Shown here piece by piece: positions 1-11,543 of a stretch of DNA of 64,000 nt (the first letter of the stretch is position 1; each line of letters starts with the position of its first letter). The position numbers and the translations under genes were made by a program. The stretch is from Monocercomonoides exilis PA203 (lineage: Eukaryota; Protista; Preaxostyla): NCBI GenBank assembly GCA_001643675.2, contig LSRY02000058.1, positions 186,001 to 250,000 on the forward strand, read 5' to 3'. The notes under the pieces are model-generated. The model was not told the DNA's origin and did no database searches. It saw nothing but the letters and a program-made list of their open reading frames with translations.

Positions 1-24
1 CAAAAGTTAGCCATTCCAACAAAT

Positions 25-3000
25 ATGCAAAGTAATTTCAATGAAGAGCTTCATTCATCTTTGACTGAAATAAAACCAAAAGTTCATGAAAACACCGTTT
101 CAAGTATAAAAAAAGAAAATTTAAATTCTTTTTCCATCCAAAAAGATTCATTTCTCATTAAAAGGAACCAGAAATTGCCTTCTTTCTTCAACAGTCACAT
201 TGAGCTTCTTCTCTCTCCAGACAACACAAAAGTCACCTCCCACCCGCTTCTCCAGGAAATCTCCTCATTCCCATCTCTTTTCTCCCTTCTTCCTCTGTCT
301 GTCCTTGTGAATGTGCCTTCCCCTTCTTTCCTCTTCCCCCAGCCTGTTACATACAGATACCACAGCGCTTCTCAGATGTGTGTGTTCCGGCAGGTCAACT
401 CGCCTGCTGCACGGCCGCTCGACTTGATTCAGGAAGACTATCATCCAAAGGGACCCTTCAGAGAATGGAACCAGATGAAGTTTGCGAGGTGGCCGACAGA
501 AGAAGAGAGAGAAGAAGAGGTGAAGCAAAGCAGAAGAGAATGGATGAAGACGATGGCGAAGGAAAAAGTGAAGGGAATTATTGAAATATCAAAACGAGAA
601 TTGGAGCTGGAGAAGTCGCCTTTTGCTGGAACGAAGATAACAAACAACGAAAATGAACAAAGCTTTAATGCAGTTAATGATAACACTGAAATCGAACAAA
701 ATTCATCTTCAAGGCTTTCCTTTGAGAAGAATGGTACTCAATTGCATTCTCCATTTAACACATTCAGTGGAAATGCAACCCCAACAATTAAAAGTGTGCT
801 TGAAGATCCGAAATACTCTTCCTTTGCACACAATCTTGTTCCTGACTCAGATGTTGACATAGATTCCTCCCTTCCAAACACCCTCCAGCAAATCCGTTAT
901 TTAGCACAACAGAACCAAGGGCACGTCATCGCCCACCGTCCCCCCACTTTCTACCGTGTGGATTCTTCTTTCACTCCAGAACACTGCAACCCGTCGCTCT
1001 ATCGTCCTGCGCCTTTGCCCGTTGGAGTTGGGATGCCTGTTCTGTTTGACATCCACTCAGAGCAGATGCAGCCACTGAGCAGTTTGGTCGTGGGAACACG
1101 GCACATCCACCCGGGTGTGAGCACGCAGCTGGCGAAAGAATACTTCCACGACTTGTTCAAAGGCGGAGAGTGCTGCAGCTGCAAATACTGCACTTCGGAT
1201 GTGTTTCCAAATATTAGCGGAAATCCGAATATGAATGTGAATGTGAATACGAATGCAAGCACAAACGCCCAGTTGTCTCCTTCTGTGCCTCTGGTGCCTT
1301 CTTCTTTTTCTTTTTCGTCTGCAGGATCGCTGGATGCATCTGCTTCTCACTCTCCACTGGGATCACAGACACCATCATTAACACCAGCAATGACAGTTAC
1401 GCCCACTCCTTTGCATTCTCCTTCATCATCTCCTTCGCTTTTGGCTGCCACATCGTCGTTTTATGAGTCCATAAGCAGAATTTCTACATCTTTTCAGATC
1501 CATTCGAGCACCATTGGTGTCTCAATGCCAGACAGAATGAGCGAGTTGTACAACAAGGCAATCTTTGATAATGTCCCTGCTATTTCGGGGCGAAAGGTAA
1601 GTGAGATAGAAGAGAGAGAAAAGCCATCTTTCTGCTCTTCTTGCTCCTCTTGCTCTCCCTTGCAGCCATCGTCTTCGGTTTCCTTGTTTGATTCACTGTC
1701 TCCTTCCTCTCTTTCGCCTCGATTGTCACAAACTGGGACAAGCCAGCAAAAGACAAACACAGATTCGCTTCTCAGAAAAGCATCATCATCAACTGAGCAG
1801 AATATCCAAAAGCCAGCTGCGAGGTACAATTTAGAAGTCAAGGAATTACTTGAGAATGAGATGCAGCTGATGCAGGTGGAGCAGAAGAATGGCAAAGGAA
1901 TTGATACTCAAAATGAACTTGCATCATCGCCAAAGAGTCGGTTGTCTAAGAATGCAACAGAAATGGAAGTGAAAAGTGGCGAAAGAGAAGATGAAGAGGT
2001 GGAAGAGGACACAGAAGAGAATTTAGAGGAAGAGGAAGAAGAAGAAGATGCTCAGCGACTTCCAAAGGATGATAACGAAGAATTTGAAGATCCACCTCGT
2101 AAACAGAAGTTCAAGAGCAAAAAATTCAGATCAGAGCGTTTTGAAAAAGGAGAAAAAGAAGCAGAGAAAGATGGAATGCATACGATTGCGCACGACGATG
2201 TCGAAGAAGATGAAGAAGAGCAATTTGGCGTGCAGAAATATGACAGCCAGAAGAAATACGTTGGTCCGCCGCTGAAGAAGAACCAGCTGAAGCAGCAGAT
2301 TTTGGATATTCTGAACAGCCAAGTGGAAGACGAGGAAGAATCGAGTGAGTCAGAAACAGACATGCTGAGCAAGCTGGGGCTGACCAGTCGCTTTGGAAGG
2401 AGAACGAAAGGAAAAGACAAACAGAAAAGGAAGAAAAGCAGGCGGCAAAGAGAGCTGAATGAGCTGAATTCGCAGGAATCTGAGTGGGACTACTACGAAA
2501 TAGAAGGAGGAGGAGACGGAGGAGAAGATAGTTCAAGTGATGAGAATGGGCCTGTAAATAAGGAAAATTTGATTGCAACAAATGCATTTCGAAGAGAGCT
2601 GCAACTGAGAAGTAGATCTTCATCTTCATTCGGTTCATTTCTTAACAGTGCAAATGCAAACCCCACAAAGAACAACCAAAATGAGCTATCGCCTTATTCT
2701 CCTCAACAGCAGCACAAGACAAATCTCATCGAATCATTCAAGCATTTCTTATCCAAGTCAAGCACTCCATCAAACAAGACTCCCAAATCCTATTCTTTTG
2801 AGTCTGCATTCGATTCAAACTCTTCCCCTCAGCGTTGTCGCATCCGGTTGGTTGTTCGTGGGCTGAGGCCTGCCGAAGTGAAGATGCTTCTGCTGAGCAA
2901 GACGAATGGTGTTGTTGTGGCGTCGCAGGAGATGATGGCGAAGAACCTGTTCAAGTACAAAATGGAGACGGACTTCAGAGAAGGGTTCAGGCGCCGGGTG

Positions 3001-4437
3001 CTGGCGGAGGAGACGAAGGCGATTTTGCGCTATGCGAAGGAGAGGAGGAAGGTGCAGAGCGCCATTTCGGCTGAGCTCAAAAGGGTAGATCTGAAGGAAA
3101 ACACAGCCGAGGCACTGGAATTTGGTTCAACTGCTTCTGCTTCTGCTGTTGTTGTGCACAGGCGGAAGAAAGGAAGGCCGAAGCTTACAAAGGGAGAACT
3201 GACTAAAGCCAAGCAAAAGGTCGATGCTCCTTCTTTGCCTGAAGAAAAATCCCCTTCACCACCTCCAATAAGCCAGCCTGAGCCAAAGCCTCAGTATTCT
3301 CCTTTTCGCCCTCTGCCTTATTTGCCTGTGCCTTCCCATCAGAATGCTCCTTCGCTTTCTTCTGTCACTTCGACTCCAGCTGCTCCTTCTATCTTGTCTA
3401 TTCCTTCTCTTGCTTCTGTTTCCACTCATCCGAATTTCCCTTCATTTCCGTCCTTCCCATCTCCACAAGCATCTCTTTCATCCATTTCACCATCAACATC
3501 TGCAACATTCCCTTATTCTTTCTCTTCTTCTTTCTCTTCATCATCATCTTCTTCTTCTTCAACTTTCTCTTTTCCTCCAGTCACATTTGGCAAAGAAGAT
3601 TTGACAAAGCAGGTTATTCGGTTTGGCCTTCCTGACACCACAGCGCCAAAGATGCAGGAGCCGAATGCGGATGATGTTGCAATCAAAAAAATGGATACTC
3701 CTTCAAGCACAAATGTTACAAAGAAGAAGAAGAAAAGGAGAAGAAGGAAGAAGAAGAAGAAGAGCATTGCGAAATTTGTGAGAAATCAAGTGAATGAAGA
3801 AGAGGAGGAGGAAGGCGAAGAGGGAATATCAGAAGAAGAAAATGAGAAAGATTTAACAAAAAGCATGATACAAGCAGCAGGTGACATCAGAACTGAAATG
3901 TTGCAATCAGAACAGGAAGTTGAAATTGGAGTAGACACATCAGCAGCAGCAGCAAAAGAAGGAGAAGGAGAAGAAAGCAGAGATGTTAGAACTGAGCTTT
4001 CTTCTGCTCAAAACAATGAGAATTCTCAGAAGATGACTGGAGTAATGGATAAATCCACAATGTTGGATCAGCTCCAGCTCCAAAATGCATCTGCCATACT
4101 CTCGTCTGCGTCTTCCTCGCTGCCATTCGCTACACACACAAAATTCTTATCGTCGTATCCTTCTTCTTCTCTTTCACTGGGCCTGTGCTCATTTGCAACT
4201 CCGCCTGCGACAGCAGCAGCTCAAAGTGGAGTTGACAATAACGAGACTCCGCGCTTCAGTTCTTTTGCGCCTTCTGTTTTCTGCTATCCAGGCCCTGTTC
4301 AGCTGCAGCCGTTGCAGGCCGGAGAAATTCTAAACGCGAAACTCCGTCGCATTGACGATTTCTCCGAATCCTGCAAGAAAAATGCAGGCGATTCAGGTGA
4401 TTCATTTGATTCAGAATTTCCGATGGAGCCGAGCTAA
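25..4437 (+). CDS. Hypothetical low-complexity protein (1470 aa ORF; Ser/Glu/Lys-rich, possibly nuclear; may have upstream exons outside the window)
   Basis: Uninterrupted 4.4-kb ORF followed by AT-rich intergenic DNA. Contains basic NLS-like runs and an AT-hook-like RRKKGRPK. No recognisable catalytic domain. Confidence 0.75.
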   Translation: MQSNFNEELHSSLTEIKPKVHENTVSSIKKENLNSFSIQKDSFLIKRNQKLPSFFNSHIELLLSPDNTKVTSHPLLQEISSFPSLFSLLPLSVLVNVPSPSFLFPQPVTYRYHSASQMCVFRQVNSPAARPLDLIQEDYHPKGPFREWNQMKFARWPTEEEREEEVKQSRREWMKTMAKEKVKGIIEISKRELELEKSPFAGTKITNNENEQSFNAVNDNTEIEQNSSSRLSFEKNGTQLHSPFNTFSGNATPTIKSVLEDPKYSSFAHNLVPDSDVDIDSSLPNTLQQIRYLAQQNQGHVIAHRPPTFYRVDSSFTPEHCNPSLYRPAPLPVGVGMPVLFDIHSEQMQPLSSLVVGTRHIHPGVSTQLAKEYFHDLFKGGECCSCKYCTSDVFPNISGNPNMNVNVNTNASTNAQLSPSVPLVPSSFSFSSAGSLDASASHSPLGSQTPSLTPAMTVTPTPLHSPSSSPSLLAATSSFYESISRISTSFQIHSSTIGVSMPDRMSELYNKAIFDNVPAISGRKVSEIEEREKPSFCSSCSSCSPLQPSSSVSLFDSLSPSSLSPRLSQTGTSQQKTNTDSLLRKASSSTEQNIQKPAARYNLEVKELLENEMQLMQVEQKNGKGIDTQNELASSPKSRLSKNATEMEVKSGEREDEEVEEDTEENLEEEEEEEDAQRLPKDDNEEFEDPPRKQKFKSKKFRSERFEKGEKEAEKDGMHTIAHDDVEEDEEEQFGVQKYDSQKKYVGPPLKKNQLKQQILDILNSQVEDEEESSESETDMLSKLGLTSRFGRRTKGKDKQKRKKSRRQRELNELNSQESEWDYYEIEGGGDGGEDSSSDENGPVNKENLIATNAFRRELQLRSRSSSSFGSFLNSANANPTKNNQNELSPYSPQQQHKTNLIESFKHFLSKSSTPSNKTPKSYSFESAFDSNSSPQRCRIRLVVRGLRPAEVKMLLLSKTNGVVVASQEMMAKNLFKYKMETDFREGFRRRVLAEETKAILRYAKERRKVQSAISAELKRVDLKENTAEALEFGSTASASAVVVHRRKKGRPKLTKGELTKAKQKVDAPSLPEEKSPSPPPISQPEPKPQYSPFRPLPYLPVPSHQNAPSLSSVTSTPAAPSILSIPSLASVSTHPNFPSFPSFPSPQASLSSISPSTSATFPYSFSSSFSSSSSSSSSTFSFPPVTFGKEDLTKQVIRFGLPDTTAPKMQEPNADDVAIKKMDTPSSTNVTKKKKKRRRRKKKKKSIAKFVRNQVNEEEEEEGEEGISEEENEKDLTKSMIQAAGDIRTEMLQSEQEVEIGVDTSAAAAKEGEGEESRDVRTELSSAQNNENSQKMTGVMDKSTMLDQLQLQNASAILSSASSSLPFATHTKFLSSYPSSSLSLGLCSFATPPATAAAQSGVDNNETPRFSSFAPSVFCYPGPVQLQPLQAGEILNAKLRRIDDFSESCKKNAGDSGDSFDSEFPMEPS

Positions 4438-6879
4438 AAAGGAATGCCGCAAAACCTTGAGCAGCAAAACTTGTAACTTCAAGAAGGAAAGAAAAATCTA
4501 TCTCAACAACAACATTACCAAAAATCATTGTAAGCAGAAGACAAAAAAAATCCAGTGATCAACGGATATTAGTTTGAAAACGTTTTCGTTTTTTCAGTTG
4601 TACTTGAAATGATACAAACAAATAGGCTAACATCGATATTGTTCCTATTTTTCACAATGTTTCCTCAATTATACAAAAGAAATTATACAATATAAAATTT
4701 TTTGGAGAATAAAAGTTTTATTTTTTGCTTTTTAATGATGTTGAAGTTTTGATATATTATTTTCGTTTAATTTTTCTTTATTTCTTTTTATTGTCAAGGA
4801 TAGAATGTCAAAGAAATAGATATGGATAATTCAAAAGATATTTTCTTCGCGAATGAAAAATCAATTTTCATTACTCATCCCTTTTCAGAATGGTATCAAC
4901 ATCAATTGGTAAGTTTATTTAAATGCGTGAAAGATAATTTATCTTTTTTGAAAAAAAATAATATTATTATTATCGAATTACAAAAAGAATCATTTTTGTT
5001 TGTTCAAGTTGCTTTGGTTGTTTCGTTTTTTTTTTTCAATAATAACATTGAAAGAAGCGTTGTGAATCTATGACATATTTGTCGCATCAATGAACTAATG
5101 TTAATTGATTATAAAAAATGAATCTTATGTGAAAACTGGAAAACGAGATTATTGCTGTTATTATTTGAATAACATAGTCAAACTTTGAATCAACAGTTAA
5201 CGAATATGAAATATAGAAACAATGTGTTCTCATGAAAAAGATTTGCCCTTTTAATGATTTATTTTTTCATAAATGTGACATCCATAAAATTGCAACGTTG
5301 TGCGATGTGAGAAAAAAGTTTGCCGTTCCATTCACAAATATTCCACTTGTTGAAAAAAGAGAGTGAGTGAATGACAGAGAGAACATGGCGATTGAAAAGT
5401 TGAGGAAAAAGTTTGTTCAAGAAGAGACAAGATTTTTGAAGAACAAAGGAAAATTGAATTGAAAGGATAAAGATTTCAAAATGATATTTAAATTAGCCAG
5501 AAGCGTTATTACTATATTTTTCTTGGAAAGATGTATTTTTTCAATCTTGATAGAACGCAGTGAGATAGGTTTGCTCCGAAATAATGAGTATTGAGTATTG
5601 ATCACGATATATGGGCGGTTTGAGTGAGAACTTCGACCTCCCAAATATGAGGTGGAAAAAAGGGTTAGATGAAAATAAAGACAATAACATGTTAAATAAT
5701 AAAAAGTGAATAATGAATTGTCCGCTTCACTTCACCACCGACTTCGCCTTTTTGCATTATTCACGAAGACCAGAGGGCAGGGGACATTGCCCCTCGGAGC
5801 TCTCTACTGCACTCCGTGCAGGGATTCAGTGAGGCGAAAGCTCAAAACGGATCAGAAAGAAAAACCACTCTCGCTTTCGCGAGGATTGGAAAAGTCAAAT
5901 GCATGTGATGTACTCTGCCTCCCGCTCTTCTGCTCCATCAGCTGAGCTAATCCGCTCGCCACAAACTGTGTGGGCTAGTCTGACTCTTCTCTTTGCATTT
6001 GTTCGACTCCAATTAAAGGAGAAGGATCCTTCTTAAAACTTTTTATTCCTTCACTGTTTCTCAATACAGGTTTTGATGCGCTAGATCTTTCTGGGCGGTT
6101 ATTCTTTTCCCATCTCCTCTGCTATCTCGCCCTTTTCCTCGTCATATTCTTCCTAATATGTTTCTCTCTCTTACGCACCCAGCCGCTCTGAGTCTCTCCA
6201 TCCGCGTTAATATTATTTCAGAGCAAATCCTGTCTCAATGCGTTCTTTCAATTGTCAATAAAGCGAATATACAAATGCAAGGAGCAGGTTCGTTCCTCGA
6301 GAATGAGTCCTGAAACCCCTCGCTGTGTTTTCTCCCCTGATCTTAAACCCTCCTGCCTAGCACTTTATCGTGCGGTGGATGATTAGAGAGCCTGCGGATG
6401 AAAGTGCGGTTCCTGTCTCTACTCCCTCCCTTTCTTGGTGTGTTTCCGAAGCGTGCACGACCTGGAATTCGTTTCTCTTAAGTTTTTATCATCCAACCTT
6501 GATATCTCACACCATGCTTCCTCCTGCCTGTGCCCTTCTTTCATGATGAGGCAGTGTGTTTGCTTCCAGTCAGCTCGATAACGCTGCTGGGAATAATGAG
6601 GGGTGTTCTCCGACGTTAGGGTGGTTGGGATGAGTTGTGTTGTGATAGAGTTCTTTCTCTTTGCATTCTGTCTTCTCAACTCTGTTTGCCAAGTCTCTTT
6701 AACTTCTTTCCTTTACTCATCTCTTCTTCTCCCCCAGCTTCTGATAACTTTTCTATGCATTCTATCATCAATGATTCTGCTTTCTCGACTCTCATGTCCT
6801 TCCTTTCTCAATCCATTTCTGACTTTTCTGCTTCTCCGCTAAGGTGTCCTGGGCTGCCAGTCGCCTCCAGGATTTATTT

Positions 6880-7300
6880 TGTATTTTGAACATGTAAACC
6901 GTAAAATATTCCTGTGCCACTCTTGAACCTGGAGCCCATCTCGCGTCTGCGTTGATTGCTTTCTTTTCTTCTCTCTCTCGTTTTGCTAAGTGCGATATCA
7001 CTGCATATCTGATCGAGAAAGCGGAAAATTTGTCTGGTATTTCATTCTCTCTCAGCATAGCCACAAACTTTTCTTCTATTCTTTGCAAAAATTGAAGATT
7101 GCATCTCTTTTACATCATCTACTGCGAGTCCATCTCTAAAATTCGTCCTTGTCTAATTAATACATCGTTGGAGTGCTCAAACAACATAGAAACGTGGGAA
7201 AAAATATTAATTAATAACGAACTTTAAAGTCTCCCTTCCTGACGACTTGGTTTGAACCTGTGTCAATTCTGTATTTTTTCTAAGTGAAGGACATTCCATC
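6880..7300 (-). pseudogene. Tyrosine recombinase C-terminal remnant of the DIRS element
   Basis: FSAFSIRYAVISHLAK...INADARWAPGSRVAQEYF resembles the HSxR...W...S....Y end of DIRS recombinases and lies downstream of RNase H. Confidence 0.7.
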
Positions 7301-7949
7301 CATATTCTCTCCAGATCCGCTAGTCTTTACGCTCCAAACATCACAGTGAGGATGAGGGCTCTCCTCTGGAGTATTTGTGGGTCTATGGAATTCTTTGTGG
7401 CTTCCACGCGTTTAGGAATAATTGTAAAATCCCTCATTGGTTAACATTATATACACTTTCTCGGTTTCTCTCCCACATATGTTTTTAAAAAATATATCTT
7501 TTTCTTTCACATCCATCGTCTGATAAATCACTCCACTTTAAAGATTCGTATTCAATTGGTTCTCAATAAATTCTGCCATAATTCACTTGGCATCTTTTCA
7601 ATGAGTCAATCTGTTTCATCTATTCTTTCTCAATCCAAATATTGTTATAATTTCGCAGCGCTCTCAACTTATCCCTTGCCGCTGATTTATCCTTCACTCC
7701 AACGTATTCTCTCCATGTTGGAAAGATGTCCTTTCTTTGATATTCTTCTCTCCAGCCTAATCCTTATGATTTCTTGTGGGGGAAAATTCCTTCCTTCCTT
7801 TCTCATCTCCTTCAAGGTCCGTCCAATGTTTCTTAATAACGGACTAGCACAATCTTGTTTTTAAACAATTCTTTCTCTCTCTTCCTTTTCAGAGAGGATA
7901 GTCTCAAAATACTTCCACAGGGCTCCGGTGAAATCGGTTCTGAAATTGC

Positions 7950-8680
7950 ATCTTGTGTTCTTGGTGCGATTGTTTGTGATATCTTTTCGACGTTCTCCCC
8001 CTTCAGCGCATAGTCCGGTTTTTTCTCCATCCGGCTGAGTGCATCTGCTTCCGTGTTTTGTTCCCCCGGGAGATGTTCTGTCTGTATTGTCAAGCTCAGG
8101 CTGATCAGTTTCTTCTCCAATGCTCTCAGAGTTGGAATGAGCGATGGAACTTCCCTCTTCTTCTGTATTGTCCATCTCGTGGACATGTTGTCTGTTTTCA
8201 GACAAATATGGTCTATCTTCTTTTGTTGCAGCCATACTCCCTTTCTCTCTAGTGTCCTCAACACTGCTCTGGACTCCTTCTCGATGATCGCTAACGCACT
8301 CTCCTGGCGTGTCCAACTTCCATGGTCATATATGGGTAATTATTTTTGAAAAGTCGCAAATGTTTAATTTTCAAATAAATCAAAAATTTCATATTTAGCT
8401 CTTATTTTTATAAACATTCATGAAACTTCACTTGAATTCATGAAATTACATTATCCAATAATGGATTCCATGTTTGTGAAGTTTGGTTGATGTTATCAAA
8501 ATTTTGAGCAAAATATGAAATTTTTGAAGCATATAAAAATTAAACTTTTGTGACTTTTCAAAAAGAATCACCCATATCTTCTCCTCTTTGCTCTCTGTCT
8601 TTATTGTTAGCACTGCATTCAATCCCAGCTCTGACGCGTCTGTTATTAGTTCTGCAGACATTGCTCTTCTCCTCAAACAC
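7950..8680 (-). pseudogene. DIRS-type RNase H domain, split by the MITE at 8333-8574
   Basis: ITDASELG ... (MITE) ... GSW ... IIEKE ... KTDNMST ... HLPGEQNTEADALSR, the RNase H motif series of DIRS elements. Confidence 0.88.
8333..8574. mobile_element. 242-bp MITE (Tc1/mariner-pogo type), ~39-bp imperfect TIRs, TA target-site duplication
   Basis: Left end TGGGTAATTATTTTTGAAAAGTCGCAAATGTTTAATTTT; right end (revcomp) TGGGTGATTCTTTTTGAAAAGTCACAAAAGTTTAATTTT. TA at 8331-8332 and 8575-8576. Removing it restores the RNase H frame. Confidence 0.93.
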
Positions 8681-8748
8681 CTCTGTCTGTTTTCTAGCAG
8701 GATCTTTCTCCAATGTGTTAACTCTCCCAGCATCATTGGGTTGGATAT

Positions 8749-9537
8749 TTAAAATCTACTCCAGCCTCCGCGGGCTATCACCAGCCTCAGCACATGTTGC
8801 ATGTGCGTCATCCACAAGCTCGCTGGTGGGTGTTGCAACCTCACAATATTCAGCCTCCCGAGGAGTGCTGCCAAATCCCTCGTCTTTTGTCTCCTCCTTT
8901 CCTTTGCATGTGTTATCCACGTTCGCACATCTTCCAAGAGCAGTACTCTTTTCCTATCTTGGAGTGTCACTTCCATCTTCTCTGAGTTCCACAACCATCC
9001 CAGAAACTCCACGCTCCTTGCGGGTTCCAACTTCAGCTTCTCTTCCAACAGTATCCAGCCCAGATTTCTCAGGAATTGGGCTATCCCCTGTGAGATCAAT
9101 CTCAATGCATCCCTGTCTGGATGCATGAGGAGAATATCGTCCAGGTATATCACTAGCTTCACTCTCCACTTTTCTCTGATATATGACGCTGCCCGTCTCA
9201 TCATCTTTATTAATATTCTGAGCGCATGTTTCGCTCCAAAGAGCATCCCTATGTGAGCATAGCATTGCTTCTGGTAGTTAAAGCACAGATAGTGACCGAA
9301 TTACTCGTCCACTTTGACATGTTGATATGCCTTCGATATGTCCAGTGTGGTCATCCAATCGTTCTCCTCCAGGAGTTCCACCACTGTCTCCTGGGAATCC
9401 ATCTTGAAGTGCTTTCCATGCACATCCTCGTTTAGCGCCCTGCAGTCCAAGATCTTTCTCCACTTCCCGTTCTTCTTTCGAACCATGAATGTCGGGTTGA
9501 ACCACTTTTCCTCCTGCTCCTGCACGGACTTCACCAC
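8749..9537 (-). pseudogene. Reverse transcriptase domain of the DIRS element (in-frame stop at 9301-9303)
   Basis: WFNPTFMVRKKNGKWRKILDCRALN, HFKMD, TTLDISKAYQHVKV, MLFG, VIYLDDILL and VEFLG match LTR/DIRS RT motifs. Confidence 0.92.
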
Positions 9538-11162
9538 TCCGTCCTTCGAATTCTTCTTATGAAGGTTTAAGCAACTGCTCCTTTATGAAAATCTTCAATA
9601 ACTCTATTCGCCTCCCCATTCTGATAGTTCATTCTTCGGTCCTCGATTTCAATCCCAGAGGCTTTCTTTATTCCTCTCTTGGTTTCCTTCTCGCACATCA
9701 TCTTATTCTTTGTTCTCATTTCGCAGAAATAAGTGGAGCCTTCCTCCATTTTCTTCACGCTGTGATGTGCGACTTATTTCGAAATCCTCATCTCGGGATC
9801 TTCGGCTGTCTCATACTCTATCTTCTCCTCTCGTTTTTACAATGTTTTCACTTCTTCGATTTTCTCACGATATCTCGCGGTTTCTTTATCTGCACTCATC
9901 AAATAATTATGCACCTTCTTGTCGTATTATCCGTTCGTTATTTCTCTCGATTTCTTTTTCTATCCTCATCTCGCAACAAACTTAGCTTTCTCTTCATTCA
10001 AACACTTTCGATCGAAAGCGGTTTCACTCTCCACAATAATCTCGCTTCATTTCTCGGCTATCTTTTTTCTCTCTGTCTTGTTATTTTTCGCGGTTTCATA
10101 TTTGTGATAATCTCCTTCGAAAAACATTGTTTCTTTCCTTATTATTAATCAATTATATTTCATCGTTTCTGTTTTTCATATTGTTTCGTAACACAGCTTG
10201 TCAATATTTCCTTTGCTAAAGTTTATTTAATTAGCTGAGTTTTCTCTTCATAATAATCTCAATTAATCGCTTTTCTATTTTCTCTCTCTTAACTTTTTCT
10301 TCACTTATGATCTTGAGATCAAATGCGATTTGTTTCTTTGTAACTATCTCTCGAATATGCGCAGCTTCATATCAATTGATTTCTTTTTAACTGCAATAAA
10401 ATTATCCTTAGACTTACGATATCAAAATGTGTATGTTTTGTTGATGCATTTATGCATATCTCACAAAACTGCGCTGTTCCTTTCTTAAATTATCTTCTTT
10501 CATTATTTTGAAGATTCTGTATTTATCTATATCTCCCTGCTATGAATGGCTCATTTTCCTAATAAATGAACAAAAATTTTTATTTGTTTCATTTTCTTTG
10601 AAAATCTATTGAAATACAAATCTTCATTTTGCATAAATATCTCTCAATTTTCATAATTTCAGTTTTCTGTTTTGCAGCTTCTGTTCTCAATATTATCTCT
10701 TCATTCAACGCAGCTCTCAGTTCAACTCTATCAGCTGTGCACTATCTCATATTGTGGATGATGTCTGACATGCTCAGATCCTGGTAAGTTCTTCAATAAT
10801 ATTTTCCTCTCTAACTAGTTTCAGCATTCGATCAAAATTTTTCCATATCAGTCTCTGTATTTTCTGAAACAGGAAATAACTTTTTTTTTGTTGCGGACAA
10901 TAACGATCTTCTTTGAATTTGAGTATTGGCGAAGTTAGATATTAAACCACCAATTAATCGTGAACAATACTCATTATTGGGGAACAAACCTGCTCCTTGC
11001 GTTTGTTGATTCGCTCTATTGCGAATATTCAAAGAAAATTTTATTTCTTTTTTTAAAATACAGAACAACTTGAAAATGATAGTTTTTTGACAAATAACAG
11101 CAGATTATTGATTTGAACAACAAAAATGAAATTTTAAAATTTTGTGATCTAAAAAGGGATGC

Positions 11163-11200
11163 AAATTAAAGTTTTCTGACTTTTCAAAAAGAAAGTGCCA
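11163..11200. repeat. Degenerate solo end of the same MITE family
   Basis: AAATTAAAGTTTTCTGACTTTTCAAAAAGAA matches the MITE right end AAATTAAACTTTTGTGACTTTTCAAAAAGAA at ~8537-8567. Confidence 0.55.
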
Positions 11201-11543
11201 TTTCATATTTTCTTTGCTTTTTAGAATTTCAAAGAAATGATTAAAATAAAAATATAAAACAAGCTTTACGTTTGTTGAACTGTGAAATGATTATTTGAAA
11301 AATAAATAAAAAATTTGAGTTACAGAATAAATAACTTTTCATTCCCTCAGACATTTGCACCAGTTGCTGATGAATTATCAGACAATCCAATAAAAATTTT
11401 CAAATAAAAAAGTCCGCAAACAGCCATTTGCAGATGAAGGAAATAATCAAAAAAACAAAAATTGAAATTCAGAGAAACAAAATGTGAAATATCTCATTTT
11501 CTCAAACATTTACAAAATAATCAGTTGAATTTTGTGAAAATAG

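Larger units (their letters stand above)
5720..10150 (-). mobile_element. Degenerate DIRS-type (tyrosine recombinase) retrotransposon; boundaries approximate
   Basis: Minus-strand order RT -> RNase H -> tyrosine recombinase remnant, as in DIRS elements. Many stops and frameshifts. Confidence 0.85.
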
